This document shows, piece after piece, positions 8,976 through 22,610 of a stretch of 64,000 bases of DNA. The position numbers were made by a program, and so were the translations under genes. The notes beneath the pieces are model-generated. The model searched no databases and was not told where the DNA came from. It was given only the letters and a program-made list of their open reading frames with translations. Within the stretch, counting starts at the first letter, position 1. Every line of letters begins with the position of its first letter. The stretch lies in the NCBI GenBank assembly GCA_963845515.1, contig CAWJSR010000003.1, forward strand, positions 1-64,000. Reading direction: 5' to 3'. The stretch is from an uncultured delta proteobacterium. Lineage in GTDB: Bacteria; Myxococcota; Myxococcia; Myxococcales; Anaeromyxobacteraceae.

Positions 8976-10081
8976 GCCGCGTCACACGCATCGCCGTCCT
9001 CTCCACGCTGCTCTCGGGCTGTGCCGCGATCTCGCCGGGGCTCCACATGTCGGAGTCGACGGTCGAGGGGCGCGGGACCGACGAGCACCCCATCCGGATC
9101 GTTCCAGTGACGCCGGCGGTGCTCGTCGAGCAGGCTGCGGCGCGGGTGCGCGCCGCCGGGGAGCGGCCGCGCGATCCGCTCGCCGCCGAGGCGGGCAAGT
9201 GGGAGTACCGGGTCGCCCCCTTCGACGTCCTGTCGGTCATCGTCTGGGATCATCCGGAGCTGACCATCCCGGCCGGGGAGTACCGCTCGGCCGACGCGGT
9301 GGGGAACGTCGTCCAGGCGGACGGCACCGTCTTCTATCCCCACGTCGGCGTGGTCCCCGTCGGGGGGAAGACGCTCCCGGAGATCCGCCAGGCGCTCACC
9401 GAGCGGCTCCGCAAGGTGGTCCAGGGACCGCAGCTGGACGTCCGGGTCGCGGCCTTCCGCGGCCAGCGGGTCCACGTCACCGGCGAGGTGGTGGCGCCGG
9501 GGTCGTATGCGATCTCCGACGTCCCGCTGCGCCTGGCCGACGCCGTCGCACAGGCGAAGGGGCTCGGCCCGCTGGCCTATCCGGCGAAGGTGACGCTCGT
9601 GCGGCGCGGCGTGGCCGTGCGCCTCGACCTGCGGGCGCTCTTCGAGGACGGCGACGCGTCGCAGAACTGGCTCCTCCAGGACGGCGACATCGTCCACGTC
9701 CCCAGCGCGGCGCAGAACAAGGTCTTCGTCCTGGGCGAGGTCCGCCGCCCCTCGTCCAAGCTGATGACGCGTGGCCACATGACCCTCGCCGAGGCGATCG
9801 GCGACTCGGAAGGCTTCGATCCCGTGACGTCGAACCCCGGCGCGGTCTACGTGCTCCGCGGGCGCTTCGACGCCCCGGAGGCATACCGCCTGGACGCGTC
9901 GTCCGCGGACGCGCTCCTGCTCGCGGCCCAGTTCGAGCTCCAGCCGCTGGACGTCGTCTTCGTCGCCCCGTACGCCCTCACGAGCTGGAACCGCGTGGTC
10001 CAGCAGATCCTGCCCACGGTCCAGGGGCTCTGGCAGTCGGTCGACCTCGCCAACCGCTCCAGCCTGGTGGTCCCGCAATGA
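8972..10081 (+). CDS. wza: Polysaccharide export OPX lipoprotein
   Basis: Lipobox LLSGC; YRVAPFDVLSVIVWDHPELT; SLBB repeats; C-terminal WNRVVQQILPTV helix; GTG overlaps wzb stop. Confidence 0.9.
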   Translation: MSRVTRIAVLSTLLSGCAAISPGLHMSESTVEGRGTDEHPIRIVPVTPAVLVEQAAARVRAAGERPRDPLAAEAGKWEYRVAPFDVLSVIVWDHPELTIPAGEYRSADAVGNVVQADGTVFYPHVGVVPVGGKTLPEIRQALTERLRKVVQGPQLDVRVAAFRGQRVHVTGEVVAPGSYAISDVPLRLADAVAQAKGLGPLAYPAKVTLVRRGVAVRLDLRALFEDGDASQNWLLQDGDIVHVPSAAQNKVFVLGEVRRPSSKLMTRGHMTLAEAIGDSEGFDPVTSNPGAVYVLRGRFDAPEAYRLDASSADALLLAAQFELQPLDVVFVAPYALTSWNRVVQQILPTVQGLWQSVDLANRSSLVVPQ

Positions 10082-12316
10082 CGCCGAAGATGGGAGACGC
10101 TGCAGTCGAGCTGGTGAGCCCCGTCCGGACGGACCCGCCACGCATGCGGAGGGCCCCGCCGCCGCACTGGTCCCCCCTGGAGCCAGAGGGCGAGGAGCCC
10201 TCTCTCCGGGAGTACGTCGCAGTGGTCGCGGGTGAGCGCTGGCTGGTCGCGGCGATCGCCGCCGCGGTGCTCGCGGCCGGCTCCGCCTACGCCTGGCTGG
10301 CGCGGCCGGTCTACCGGGCAGACCTCCTGGTCCAGGTGGAGGACAAGAAGAAGGGCGGCGCCCTGGGCGACCTCTCCAACCTCTTCTCGGAGTCCTCCCC
10401 GGCCGAGACCGAAGTCGAGATCCTCCGCTCCCGCACGCTGGTCGGCTCCGTGGTCGATTCACTCAAGCTGGAGCTCGGCGCAGCCCCTCGCCGGTTCCCC
10501 GTCGTAGGGGAGCCGCTCGCGCGGCGCCACCGCGGCGGCGAGCCGGCAGGCGCGCTCGCCGGCTTCCGGCGCTACGGCTGGGGAGGAGAGCGGATAGCGC
10601 TCTCGCGGCTCGACCTGGGCCCGGCGTGGGAGGAGGAGCCCCCGGTCCTCGTGGCAGGCGCGCCGGGGCACTTCGAGCTGCGTGACGCCGACGGCCGCGT
10701 CGTCGCGGCCGGCGCCGTGGGCGAGCTCGTCCGCGGCGAGGGTGTGGAGATCTTCGTCTCCGACCTCGGCGCGCGCCCGGGCACCGAGTTCCTCCTCTGG
10801 AAGGCGCCCCGCGAGGAGCTGGTGGCGGGGCTCCAGAAGGACGTCAGGATCAGCGAGCGCGGAAAGAAGACGGGCATCCTGCAGCTCGCGCTGGACGGCC
10901 CCGACCCGGTGAAGATCACCGCGGTCCTCGACGCGCTCTCGCGCGCCTACGTGCGGCAGAACGTGGACCAGCGGAGCGCCGAGGCGCAGCAGACGCTGGC
11001 CTTCCTCGAGACCCAGCTGCCGACCCTCCGCGCGGAGCTCGAGGCGGCGGAGTCGCGGCTCGAGGAGCACCGGACGCGTGCAGGTGGCGTGGACGTCACC
11101 CTCGAGACGCAGGCGGCGGTCGTCCGCTCCGCGGACGTGGAGAAGGCGATCGCGGAGCTGACCGTCGAGATGGGCGCGCTGCGGCAGCGCTTCACCGACG
11201 CGCACCCCGTGCTCGCGACGGCGCGCGCGAGGCTCGAGCGGCTGGAGTCGGATCGCGGCGGGGTGGAGGCGCGGCTGCGCAAGCTGCCCGAGGCCGAGCT
11301 GAAGTCGGCCCGGCTGCTGCGCGACGTGAAGGTGGCGAACGAGCTCTACCTGGCCCTCCTCGACAAGGCGCAGGAGCTGAAGGTGGTGAAGTCGGGGACC
11401 CTCGCCAACGTGAGGGTGCTCGACCCCGCCGTCGCGTCCTCCCGGCCCGTCTCACCGCGGCGCGCGGCGATCCTCGCCCTCTCGCTGGTGCTCGGCCTCG
11501 CCGCCGGGGTCGCCGCGGCGTTCGGCCGGCGGGCGCTCGACCAGGGGATCGAGGATCCCGAGGAGATCGAGCGCCTGACGGGGATCGCGGTCCACGCGAG
11601 CGTTCCTCTCAGCGAACGGCAAGGGAAGGAGGCGGGGGGAGCAGTCCTCGCCGACGCAGGCCCCCCAGGACCTGGCGGTCGAGAGCGTCCGCTCGCTCCG
11701 CACCAGCCTCCAGTTCGCGCTCCTCGACGCGCCGACGAAGGTGGTCGCCGTCACGGGTCCGGCGCCGGGGGTCGGCAAGTCCTTCGTGACCTGCAACCTC
11801 GCGGCCGTCTTCGCCGAGGTGGGGAAGCGCGTGGTCGTGGTCGAAGGGGACCTTCGCAGGGGACGGCTGCACTCGACCCTCGGCGCCGGCGAGCGCTCCC
11901 CGGGGCTCACCGAGGTGCTCGGTGGCGAGGCCCCGTGGAGGGACGTCGTCCGCAAGGCGGTGTTGCCGGGCGTCGACTTCCTCGCCGGCGGGCGGCGGCC
12001 CCCCAACCCCTCGGCGCTCTTCGAGAGCGAGCGCTTCGGCCGGCTCGTCGCGGAGCTCGACGCCGCATACGACCTCGTCTTGATCGACACCCCGCCGATC
12101 CTCGCCGTGACGGACGGTGCGCTGGCCGCGGCGAAGGCGAGCGTGGCGATCTGCGTCCTGCGCGCGGGGCGGCACCCGATCCGCGAGGTCTCGGCGGCGC
12201 TCCGGCGGTTCGCGCACGGCGGCGTCCGGATCGACGGGTTCGTCCTGAACGGCGTCGATCTTCGCCGCGGGCTCGGCGCGAAGACCGCCTACCACTATCA
12301 GTATGACTACCAGTAG
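10078..12316 (+). CDS. wzc: Wzc polysaccharide co-polymerase/BY-kinase, frameshift near 11660 (poly-C)
   Basis: PVYRADLLVQVE, ETEVEILRSR, two TMs; second frame has Walker A GPAPGVGKS, LIDTPPILAVTD and Tyr cluster AYHYQYDYQ. Confidence 0.88.
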
Positions 12317-12337
12317 CCAGGCCGGGCCGGTGAGGTG

Positions 12338-13207
12338 ATGGCCACGCCGCGGATCGCCTACCTCGCCACTGGCACGGAGGCGATCCGCTGCCAGGCGCTC
12401 TTCGCGGCGCAGACCGCGCTCGCGTGGCGGGGCGACCTGCCGCTCGCGATCCACGTCTACACCGACGCCCCGGACCACTTCGCCGAGCTCGCCGGGGCGG
12501 TCAGCATCGAGCCCGTCGACCCCGCGACCGAGCGGACCTGGCGCGGTCCGTGGGGCTTCCTCTACCGGCTGAAGCCCAAGGTGCTGGAGGATCTCTCCCG
12601 TCGCCATCCGTCCGACCCGATCCTCCTCCTCGACGCCGACACCTACTGGACGGGCGACGTGGGGCGGGCGTTCGAGCGGATCTCCGGCGGCCAGGCCGTC
12701 ATGCACGAGCGGGAGTACTTCGTCGGCACGCTCGGGACGATGCAGATCCGCAACTTCCGGCGCAGGATGGCCCGGGCCAGCTTCCGCGGTCGCCCGATCG
12801 ACGTCGAGGCCTGGATGTGGAACTCGGGAGCGGTCGGGCTCCACCCCACCCACGCGCCCGTCATCGGGGACTGGATCGATTACGTCGACGAGGTCCACCC
12901 GTACAACCGGAAGCCCATCGTCGAGCAGTACGCGATCTCCTGGCTCCTCCAGCGCCGGCTGGGCGCGGTCGCCCCCTGCGACGACGTGCTCGTCCACTAC
13001 TGGGCGGACAAGGAGCGCCACCTCGCCGCGATCCCGGGCGCGCTCGCGCGGGTGCGCACCCTCGATCCGTCTGCCCGCCGCGCGTGGCTCCGCGGCGATC
13101 CGCTCCGGATTCGCGGCGCTCCCCCGGAGCGGGTCCGGGACGGCTTCCTCCGACGCATGAGGGAGAGCGTCGCCCAGCGGCTGCCGCTCCTGCGCCGCGA
13201 GGCGTGA
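12338..13207 (+). CDS. Putative GT-A nucleotide-diphospho-sugar transferase
   Basis: DxD motif LLLDADTYW, WNSGAVGL, EQYA, HYW; downstream of wzc. Confidence 0.6.
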   Translation: MATPRIAYLATGTEAIRCQALFAAQTALAWRGDLPLAIHVYTDAPDHFAELAGAVSIEPVDPATERTWRGPWGFLYRLKPKVLEDLSRRHPSDPILLLDADTYWTGDVGRAFERISGGQAVMHEREYFVGTLGTMQIRNFRRRMARASFRGRPIDVEAWMWNSGAVGLHPTHAPVIGDWIDYVDEVHPYNRKPIVEQYAISWLLQRRLGAVAPCDDVLVHYWADKERHLAAIPGALARVRTLDPSARRAWLRGDPLRIRGAPPERVRDGFLRRMRESVAQRLPLLRREA

Positions 13208-13324
13208 CGCGGGGCGCGGCGCCCCCGCCCCACCGGGGGCACGCCCCAGGTGTCGAATGGGCGTGCGGCCTCGATCCGTGGGCGTTAATGGGTGCTGACA
13301 CCCGAAGATGGAGACGCGAACCAC

Positions 13325-13826
13325 ATGGCCCAGTTGACGCTCAAGGGAAACCCGATCCACACCAACGGCGACCTCCCGAAGGTGGGCGCGACCGCCCCCG
13401 ACTTCAAGCTCACAGCGGGTGACCTCAGCGACGTGACGCTCGCCACCTACACCGGCAAGCGCAAGGTGCTCAACATCTCGCCCAGCCTCGACACCTCCGT
13501 GTGCGCGACGGCCGCGCGGAAGTTCAACGACGCGGCGGGCAAGCTCGAGGACACGGTGGTGCTGCTCGTCACCGCCGACCTGCCGTTCGCCTCGAAGCGC
13601 TTCTGCACTGCGGAGGGGCTCCAGAACGTGATCCCGCTGTCCGCTGATGCGCGACAAGAAGTTCGCCGAGGACTACGGCGTCCTGCTCGTCGACGGCCCG
13701 CTCGCAGGGCTCTGCGCACGCTCCGTGGTGGTGCTGGACGCCTCGAACAAGGTGCTCCACGTGCAGCTCGTCCCGGAGAACGGCCAGGAGCCCGACTACG
13801 ACAAGGCGCTCTCGGCGCTGGCGTAG
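13325..13826 (+). CDS. tpx: Thiol peroxidase, frameshift near 13640
   Basis: [30 protein letters not shown]; shifted frame continues [36 protein letters not shown]. Confidence 0.88.
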
Positions 13827-13936
13827 CCGCGCAGCAAGAGGCGGGGCGCGCCTCCAGCCGCCTGTCTTGCCGTCACGGTACAGCCCGCATCACGGATGCG
13901 GTTGCTTTCCCGTGCTCCGTGGGCTGCAATCGCCCC

Positions 13937-15462
13937 GTGGCGAGCACGGGGGAGAGCGAACGGCCAGTCCGGCGCGACGATCGCGGCGTCCGCTACGCGG
14001 TGTACGCGCTGATCGGCTGGACCGCGCTGACCGCGGGCGCCGTCGTCGCGGAGCTCGGGAGGGGCCACGCTGCGGTGCACGACGCTGCGGAGCTGGAGGC
14101 AGAGCTCAGCTTCAGGCTCCTGCTCGTCGCCAGGCGCTGGAACGCGCTGCACGGCGGCGTCTTCGTGCCGGTCGGTGAAGGGCTCAGGCCGAGCCCCTAC
14201 CTCGCTCACGTGCCCGACCGGGAGGCGCTCACCGGCGCGGGTCGTGAGCTGACCCTGATGAACCCGGCGTGGATGACCCGCGAGATCCTGGCCCTCACGA
14301 ACGCGGAGGGTGGGGTCACGGGACGCATCACCAGCCTGCACCCGCTCCGGCCCGAGAACGCCCCCGACCCGTGGGAGCGCCGTGCGCTCGAGCGGCTGGA
14401 GGCCGGGGAGGCCTCCTTCAGCGAGCTGACGATGGATGCCGGCGAGGAGCGGCTCAGGTACATGGGGCGGCTCCTGGTCGAGGAGCGCTGCCTCGGCTGC
14501 CACGGGGCGCAGGGCTACCGTGATGGGGACGTCCGCGGAGGCATCTCGGTCAGCGTCCCGCTCGCGCCGCTGCAGGTGATCGGGGCAAATGACACCCGCC
14601 GGCAGGCGCTGGTCCACGGCACCATATGGGTCCTCGGTTGCCTCGGGATCCTGGTCGCGCTGGCCGATCACCGCCGCCGCGCAGCGGCCGAGGCCTCCGC
14701 CGAGCGGAAGAAGGCCGAGGCTGAGGCGCAGCTCGCAGCGGCTCGACGGCTCGAGGCGGTGGGACGGCTCTCCGCCGGCCTCGCACATGACTTCAACAAC
14801 CTGCTCGCGCCGATCCTGACCGTCTCCGGCGTCGTCAGGGACGAGCTGCCGGCCGACAGCCCGCTGAGGGAGGACCTCGAGGACATCCGCGACGCAGCCC
14901 GCAAGGCGCGCGACCTCATCCGCGCGCTCCAGACCCTCTCGCGGAAGAATGGGGCGAGCCTCGAGCGCATCCAGCTCGCGTCCGCCGTGGTGGAGAACGA
15001 GGAGCTGCTTCGGCGCTTCGCCGGCACGCGGCTGGGCTTCGTCCTGCGAGTGGCGGGAGCGGTGCCGGACGTGGTCGCCGACCCCTCGCTGCTGGAGCTG
15101 GCGCTCGCCAACCTGGTCGTCAACGCGCGCGAGGGGGGCGTGATCGGCAAGACGATCACGATGAGCGTCGGCCGCGTCGACGTCTCGCAGGCCGAGGCGT
15201 CGAGGATCCAGGTGCGGCAGGGGGGGCATGCGGCGGTGACCGTCGCGGAGGAGGGAGTGGACGCCCGCATCCTCGCGGGGGTGGCTGGGTTCACCCCGGT
15301 CCACGGTGCGGCCGATGCCGACGTCGGCGGGGCCGGCTTCGGCCTGCCGACCATCAACGGGATCGTCGCCCAGTATGGCGGCGGGGTGGTGGTCCGGAGG
15401 TCGGGCGGTGCCGGCTGGATCGTCCGGCTGCTCCTGCCGGAGGCGTCGCCCACACGACCGGA

Positions 15463-15475
<13 letters not shown>
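13937..15475 (+). CDS. Membrane histidine kinase with periplasmic c-type heme (DUF3365-like) sensor
   Basis: [32 protein letters not shown] heme motif, GGISVSVP; H-box AHDFNNLL; N-box NLVVNA. Confidence 0.82.
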
Positions 15476-17466
<1,991 letters not shown>

Positions 17467-17597
17467 CGGGGGCGAAGGGTTAACGTTTCTTCGGACTTCG
17501 AACAAGCCCGTGCAACGGGCGAAGGGCATCTTCCCCGACGTGGAGGCCCGCGCAAGGGCTCCCGGCCCGACCGGGCCGAACCGAAAGGGGACGCACC

Positions 17598-18050
17598 ATG
17601 ACGACGAAGCGTACGCTGACCATCCTGGCCGCTGGAGGGCTGGTGCTCGCCGCCGGGCTCGCGACCGGCTGCCACCGGGGGCCGGGCGGCCACCACGGCG
17701 ACCCCGCGAAGGTGGCCCAGTTCGTCACCGCGCGGGTGGACGACGCGCTCGACGATCTCGACGCGACCGCCGCGCAGCGCGAGAAGATCCGCGCTGTGAA
17801 GGACCGGCTCCTCGCCGAGGGGACGAAGCTACACGCCGACCGCAAGCAGCTACACGCCGAGCTGCTCACCATGTGGAAGGCGGAGGCGGTGGACCGCGCC
17901 CGGCTCCACGCCATCGTGGACGAGCGGATCGACGCCATGAGGGCCTTCGCCCACGCCGCCGCGGACGGGGTGGCCGATGCGCACGACGTGCTTACGCCGG
18001 AGCAGCGGGAGAAGGTGGCCAAGAAGGCCGAGCGCCGTATGGAGCACTGA
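17598..18050 (+). CDS. Spy/CpxP-family (LTXXQ) periplasmic lipoprotein
   Basis: Lipobox LATGC; helical; VLTPEQREK motif; precedes a two-component pair. Confidence 0.8.
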   Translation: MTTKRTLTILAAGGLVLAAGLATGCHRGPGGHHGDPAKVAQFVTARVDDALDDLDATAAQREKIRAVKDRLLAEGTKLHADRKQLHAELLTMWKAEAVDRARLHAIVDERIDAMRAFAHAAADGVADAHDVLTPEQREKVAKKAERRMEH

Positions 18051-18133
18051 CGCGCGGCGGCGGCGCTCCGGCCCGGAGCGCCGCCCCTACGCGGCACCCC
18101 TCACGCTGCCTCGCCGGAGCGCTTGCCGCTATC

Positions 18134-18856
18134 ATGGACCCCGTGACCGAGCCGACCACCCTCACCGCCCTCCTCGTGGAGGACGATGCCCGCCTCGCAC
18201 GGCTCACCGCCGAGTACCTCACCGGCCACGGCGTCGTCGTGACGCACGTCGCCGACGGCAGGAAGGGGCTGGAGGAGGCGCTGCGCGGAGGCTGGGACGT
18301 GCTCCTCCTGGATCTCATGCTCCCGGGGCGCGACGGGCTGGAGATCTGCCGCGAGGTCCGCGCCCGGTCCGACGTCCCGATCATCGTCCTGACGGCGCGT
18401 GGCGAGGAGGCCGACCGCGTGATGGGGCTCGAGCTGGGGGCCGACGACTACCTCCCCAAGCCCTTCTCGCCGCGCGAGCTGCTGGCCCGCATCCGCGCCG
18501 TCACCCGCCGGGCGCAGGGCCGGGCCGGACCGCGCAACGAGTCGATCACCGTCGGCTCGCTCCACCTCGACCCGGCGGCGCGACGCGTGACCCTGGACGG
18601 GGAGGAGGTCCCGCTGACCGGGTACGAGTTCGATCTGCTGCGGGCCCTGGCCGAGCGCGCGGGGCGGATCCTCTCCAGGGAGCAGCTCATGGAGCTGGCG
18701 CGCGGCTCGGCCGAGGAGGCCTTCGACCGCTCCATCGACGTCCACGTCTCGCGCTTGCGCCAGAAGCTGGGCGACGATCCCAAGCGGCCGCGGCTCATCA
18801 AGACCGTGCGGGGGGTCGGCTACCTCCTGGCTGCAGGGGCGGGGGACGAGGCGTGA
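18134..18856 (+). CDS. OmpR/CpxR-family response regulator
   Basis: LLVEDD, LLDLMLPGRDG, GADDYLPKPF, DRSIDVHVSRLRQKL, IKTVRGVGY. Confidence 0.94.
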   Translation: MDPVTEPTTLTALLVEDDARLARLTAEYLTGHGVVVTHVADGRKGLEEALRGGWDVLLLDLMLPGRDGLEICREVRARSDVPIIVLTARGEEADRVMGLELGADDYLPKPFSPRELLARIRAVTRRAQGRAGPRNESITVGSLHLDPAARRVTLDGEEVPLTGYEFDLLRALAERAGRILSREQLMELARGSAEEAFDRSIDVHVSRLRQKLGDDPKRPRLIKTVRGVGYLLAAGAGDEA

Positions 18857-20190
18857 TCCGCCACCGCCGCTCGCACCACGGGGTCCTGTTCTGGCGTATC
18901 TACGGCCACGGCCTCATGCTCCTCGTGCTCGTCGCCGTCGCGCTGGCCGCGGTCGCGTGGGGCCTGGGGCGGCGCATTCCGCCACGGGAGCCCGAGCGGG
19001 TCGTCGCCTACGTCGCGGCGCGGGTGGACGAGCGGAGCCCCTCCGTCGAGAAGGTCGAGGCGGAGCTGCGCGAGCTCCGCGATGGGCTGGGGCTGGAGAC
19101 GACGGTGTTCGGCCCCTCCGGCGAGGTGATCGCGGGCGTCGGCACGCGCGCCGAGCCGCTCTCGCCGGCGCAGGTCGCCGAGCTCGCAGCGGGCCCGGTG
19201 ACCGTCGATGGACGCCACTTCACCTTCGCCGCCCGCATCCCGTCGGCGGGAGGGTACGTCGTCGTCGCCCCGGGGCCGCATGGCCGCTCCTACGCCAGGA
19301 TGGCCGCGTTCCTCGCTGCCGTCCTGGCGGTGCTCGCGATCGGCTCCTACCCCACGGCCCGCTCGATCGCGTCGCCGTTGGAGCGGCTCACCTCGGTCGC
19401 GAGGAGGCTGGGCGAAGGGGACCTGGCGGCGCGCACGGGGCTGCGCGCACGTGGCGAGGTCGGAGACCTCGCGCGCGCCCTGGACGAGATGGCGGAGCGG
19501 CTGCAGCGGCTGCTGCGGGCGGAGCGGGAGCTCCTCGCCAACGTCTCGCACGAGCTGCGGACGCCGCTCGCGCGGATCCGCGTCGCGCTCGAGCTCGCCG
19601 CGGAGGGCGACCACGAGAAGGCGCGGCGCTACCTCTCCGAGATCGGCGCCGATCTGGCCGAGCTGGACGGGCTGGTGGAGGAGATCCTCACGGCGGCGCG
19701 GCTCGACGGGGCCGGGCCGAACGGTCTCCCGATCCACCGCGCTCGGCTCGACGCGGGCCTGATGCTGGAGGAGGTGGCCGCCCGCTTCCGGACGGCGGAC
19801 CCCGAGCGGCCGCTGATCCTGGAGGTCGCGCCCGCGCTGCCGACCATCCAGGCCGACGCCGCGCTCCTCCGGAGGCTCGTCGAGAACCTGCTCGACAACG
19901 CGCGCAAGTACTCCGACCCCGGCGTTCCGGTGACGCTCGCGGCGCTGGCAGGGCCGGGCGGCCTGGTGCTGGAGGTCCGCGACCGCGGGATCGGAATGGA
20001 TCCGGCCGACCTGCCGCGCCTCTTCACGCCGTTCTTCCGCACCGACCGGAGCCGCGCCCGCGGCACCGGCGGCGTGGGGCTGGGGCTCAACCTCGCGCGG
20101 CGGATCGCCGAGGCGCACGGCGGGACCATCGTCGCCGAGAGCCGTCCGGGCGAGGGGACGACGATCCGGGTGCTGCTCCCAATGGCGTGA
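18853..20190 (+). CDS. HAMP-containing sensor histidine kinase (CpxA-like)
   Basis: Two TMs, HAMP, VSHELRTPL, NLLDNARKY, DRGIG, GGVGLGL. Confidence 0.93.
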   Translation: MIRHRRSHHGVLFWRIYGHGLMLLVLVAVALAAVAWGLGRRIPPREPERVVAYVAARVDERSPSVEKVEAELRELRDGLGLETTVFGPSGEVIAGVGTRAEPLSPAQVAELAAGPVTVDGRHFTFAARIPSAGGYVVVAPGPHGRSYARMAAFLAAVLAVLAIGSYPTARSIASPLERLTSVARRLGEGDLAARTGLRARGEVGDLARALDEMAERLQRLLRAERELLANVSHELRTPLARIRVALELAAEGDHEKARRYLSEIGADLAELDGLVEEILTAARLDGAGPNGLPIHRARLDAGLMLEEVAARFRTADPERPLILEVAPALPTIQADAALLRRLVENLLDNARKYSDPGVPVTLAALAGPGGLVLEVRDRGIGMDPADLPRLFTPFFRTDRSRARGTGGVGLGLNLARRIAEAHGGTIVAESRPGEGTTIRVLLPMA

Positions 20191-20209
20191 GGGTGCCGCC
20201 GCGACCCGT

Positions 20210-21067
20210 TCAGCCGGCGGCCGTACGGCCAGCCGCGAGCAAGGGGTTCACGCCGATGCGCTCGAACCCCTGGTCGGCCACGAGCAGATCGAGCGTGAGC
20301 GTCGCGGCGTCGTCGGCCACCGGCTCGGCGCCGGGGCGCTTCTCGAGGTCGAAGAGCTTCATGTAGCCGCCGCAGTCCTCGCACGCCTCCGCCTTCGCAC
20401 CAGCGTCGCCCTCCACGTGGAAGTAGGCGAGCTCCGAGTCGCAGCCGCACGAGACGCAGGTGAGGCGCGGGACGTTCCACCCGACGCCGCAGAGCGAGCA
20501 GGTGAGGTACCGGCGCCGCGTCGTGCCGTCGATGAGGCCGGCGACCGGGGGTGCGCCGCACGCTGGGCAGGCGCTCCCCCGGACGCTCAGGGCCTCCCCC
20601 TCCAACCTTCCGGCGAGGACGCCGAACCAGGCCTGGAGCGCCGCGCCCAGGAAGGGGGCCGCCGCCGCCTCGCCCGGCGGCATCGTCCCCGCGAGCTGCC
20701 GCTCCGCGAGCGCCTCGAGCCAGGGGGCGCCCGCGCCCGCGAGCCGCGCCACCACCTTCACCGTCTCGGCTGGCAGGCCGGCGGCGTCGGCACCGGAGAT
20801 CACGACGCCCAGCATCCGCAGCCACGTCGCGTCGCGCCCGACTCGGTCGAACCTGAGTGGAGGCCCGCCAGAGGGCGCCCGCACCTCCGGGACGCTGATC
20901 TCCAGCGCGGCCCTGCGCTGGCCGTCCGCGATCAGGGCGAGCAGCCGGAGCCATCCCTCCGCGGAGTGTCCCTCCGCGAGGGAGCGCAGGCGCGCCGCCC
21001 GCGCCGCGAAGCCGGAGACCGCATCCGGGAGCCTGACGGCCGCGGGCGCGAGGAGTTGGGTGCTCAC
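20210..21067 (-). CDS. fdhE: Formate dehydrogenase accessory protein
   Basis: CPACG, RYLTCSLC, RLTCVSC, CEDCGGYMK, ADDAATLTLD; last gene of the fdn operon. Confidence 0.9.
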   Translation of the reverse strand: MSTQLLAPAAVRLPDAVSGFAARAARLRSLAEGHSAEGWLRLLALIADGQRRAALEISVPEVRAPSGGPPLRFDRVGRDATWLRMLGVVISGADAAGLPAETVKVVARLAGAGAPWLEALAERQLAGTMPPGEAAAAPFLGAALQAWFGVLAGRLEGEALSVRGSACPACGAPPVAGLIDGTTRRRYLTCSLCGVGWNVPRLTCVSCGCDSELAYFHVEGDAGAKAEACEDCGGYMKLFDLEKRPGAEPVADDAATLTLDLLVADQGFERIGVNPLLAAGRTAAG

Positions 21068-21723
21068 GGGTTCTCCTTCCCCTCGACCTTCGCGTACCAG
21101 CCGGGGTGGTGGAAGCGCGCCCAGGCGCGGGTGACCGTCCCTCGCGTCATCGCGCGGATGGAGCCCTTGGTCCAGTAGGCGGCGTAGACGTGGATGCCGA
21201 TGCCGACGAACATGATGAAGGCCACGACGGCGTGGATCAGCCCGGCCGTGCGCTTCGCCGGCGCCGCCATCATCGGGGCGAAGTACGGCCGCCACATCAC
21301 CAGTCCGGTGACGAGCAGCCCCGCGATGACCGCGACCATCGACCAGTACATTACCTTCTGGCCGGCGTTGAACTTCCCCTCCACAGGGACGTCCTCGCCG
21401 GCACGGTTCATGTAGCTGAACATCCCCCTGAGCCAGGCGCGGTCCGACGGGAGGAGCCGGTTCTCCCTCCGGAGCGGGAGCGCGTACACGAAGAAGAGGA
21501 TGGCGAACGCGGCGCCGAGGAACGGGTGGATCACCCGCATGAGCGCCCCGCCGCCGAAGAGCCCGCTCAGCCAGTAGAAGAACGGGTGGAAGAGGGCGAG
21601 GCCGGACAGGAAGAGCGCGACGTAGGAGATCGCGACGGCCCAGTGGGTGAGCCGCTCGCGCTGGGTGTAGCGGGGCACGAGCTCGGGATCGACGCGGGAC
21701 GGCGGCTGCGGAACCGGGGTCAT
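21064..21723 (-). CDS. fdnI: Formate dehydrogenase gamma subunit (cytochrome b556)
   Basis: [45 protein letters not shown]. Confidence 0.93.
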   Translation of the reverse strand: MTPVPQPPSRVDPELVPRYTQRERLTHWAVAISYVALFLSGLALFHPFFYWLSGLFGGGALMRVIHPFLGAAFAILFFVYALPLRRENRLLPSDRAWLRGMFSYMNRAGEDVPVEGKFNAGQKVMYWSMVAVIAGLLVTGLVMWRPYFAPMMAAPAKRTAGLIHAVVAFIMFVGIGIHVYAAYWTKGSIRAMTRGTVTRAWARFHHPGWYAKVEGKENP

Positions 21724-22601
21724 GGCTTGCGCCCTCCCTTCGGCTCGCCCCGATCGTCCACCTCGAGGGGCCCGACCTTCATGTAGTGGAAGATGCCGGC
21801 GACGACGACGCCGGCCATCGTGACGACGCCGAGCGACCTCGCGAAGCCGCTGCGCCACAGCTCGACGAGCGGAGAGACCTCGGGGTTCCGCGGCAGCCGG
21901 TAGAGCGCCGGGTCGCCGTGCGGGAGCACGTAGATCACGTGCGTCCCCTCCACCCCAGGCGGATCGTAGAGGGACGCCGCCGTGAACCCGCGCTCGTTGA
22001 GCTCCTTGATCCGCTCCGCGGCGAGCTCCCTCATGTCCAGCTTGGAGCCGAACGTCAGCGCCTGCGTGGGGCAGGTCTTGATGCAGGCCGGCACCAGCCC
22101 GACGGCGACGCGGTCGGAGCAGAGCGTGCACTTGTAGGCCTTCTGGTCCTTCGCGGAGAAGCGGGGGATGTCGAAGGGGCAGGCCGACTGGCAGTAGCCG
22201 CAGCCGATGCAGTACTCCTCCTGGAAGTCGACGATCCCGTTCGAGAGCTGGATGAGCGCGCCGGGGGCCGGGCAGGCGCGCAGGCAGCCGGGGTCCTGGC
22301 AGTGCATGCACCCGTCCTTCACGATCAGCCACTGCAGCCCGCGGCCGGGGAGCTCCTCCTCGTAGAACCGCATCACGGTCCAGGAGCGATCCGAGAGGTC
22401 GGGCGGGTTGTCGTAGACGCCCACGTTGGCGCCGACGTCGTCGCGGACGTCGTTCCACTCCATGCACGCCACCTGGCAGGCCTTGCAGCCGATGCACCTC
22501 GAGACGTCGATGAGCTTGGCGACCTCCAGCGTCTTCCGGACCCCGGGGGGCGAGGAGGTGGAGGCGGAGCGCCGGACCACGTCGAGCGATTGGAGCGCCA
22601 T
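21720..22601 (-). CDS. fdnH: Formate dehydrogenase beta (Fe-S) subunit
   Basis: [41 protein letters not shown]-terminal TM. Confidence 0.95.
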   Translation of the reverse strand: MALQSLDVVRRSASTSSPPGVRKTLEVAKLIDVSRCIGCKACQVACMEWNDVRDDVGANVGVYDNPPDLSDRSWTVMRFYEEELPGRGLQWLIVKDGCMHCQDPGCLRACPAPGALIQLSNGIVDFQEEYCIGCGYCQSACPFDIPRFSAKDQKAYKCTLCSDRVAVGLVPACIKTCPTQALTFGSKLDMRELAAERIKELNERGFTAASLYDPPGVEGTHVIYVLPHGDPALYRLPRNPEVSPLVELWRSGFARSLGVVTMAGVVVAGIFHYMKVGPLEVDDRGEPKGGRKP

Positions 22602-22610
22602 GGTCGCCTC

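Noticed and set aside
8537..10081. Apparent Wzb-Wza fusion (514 aa)
   Set aside because: Extra base near 8771; wzb ends at 8975 and wza has its own lipoprotein start at 8972
11655..11670. Programmed frameshift or phase variation in the wzc poly-C run
   Set aside because: Short run, indistinguishable from the window-wide indel noise without reads
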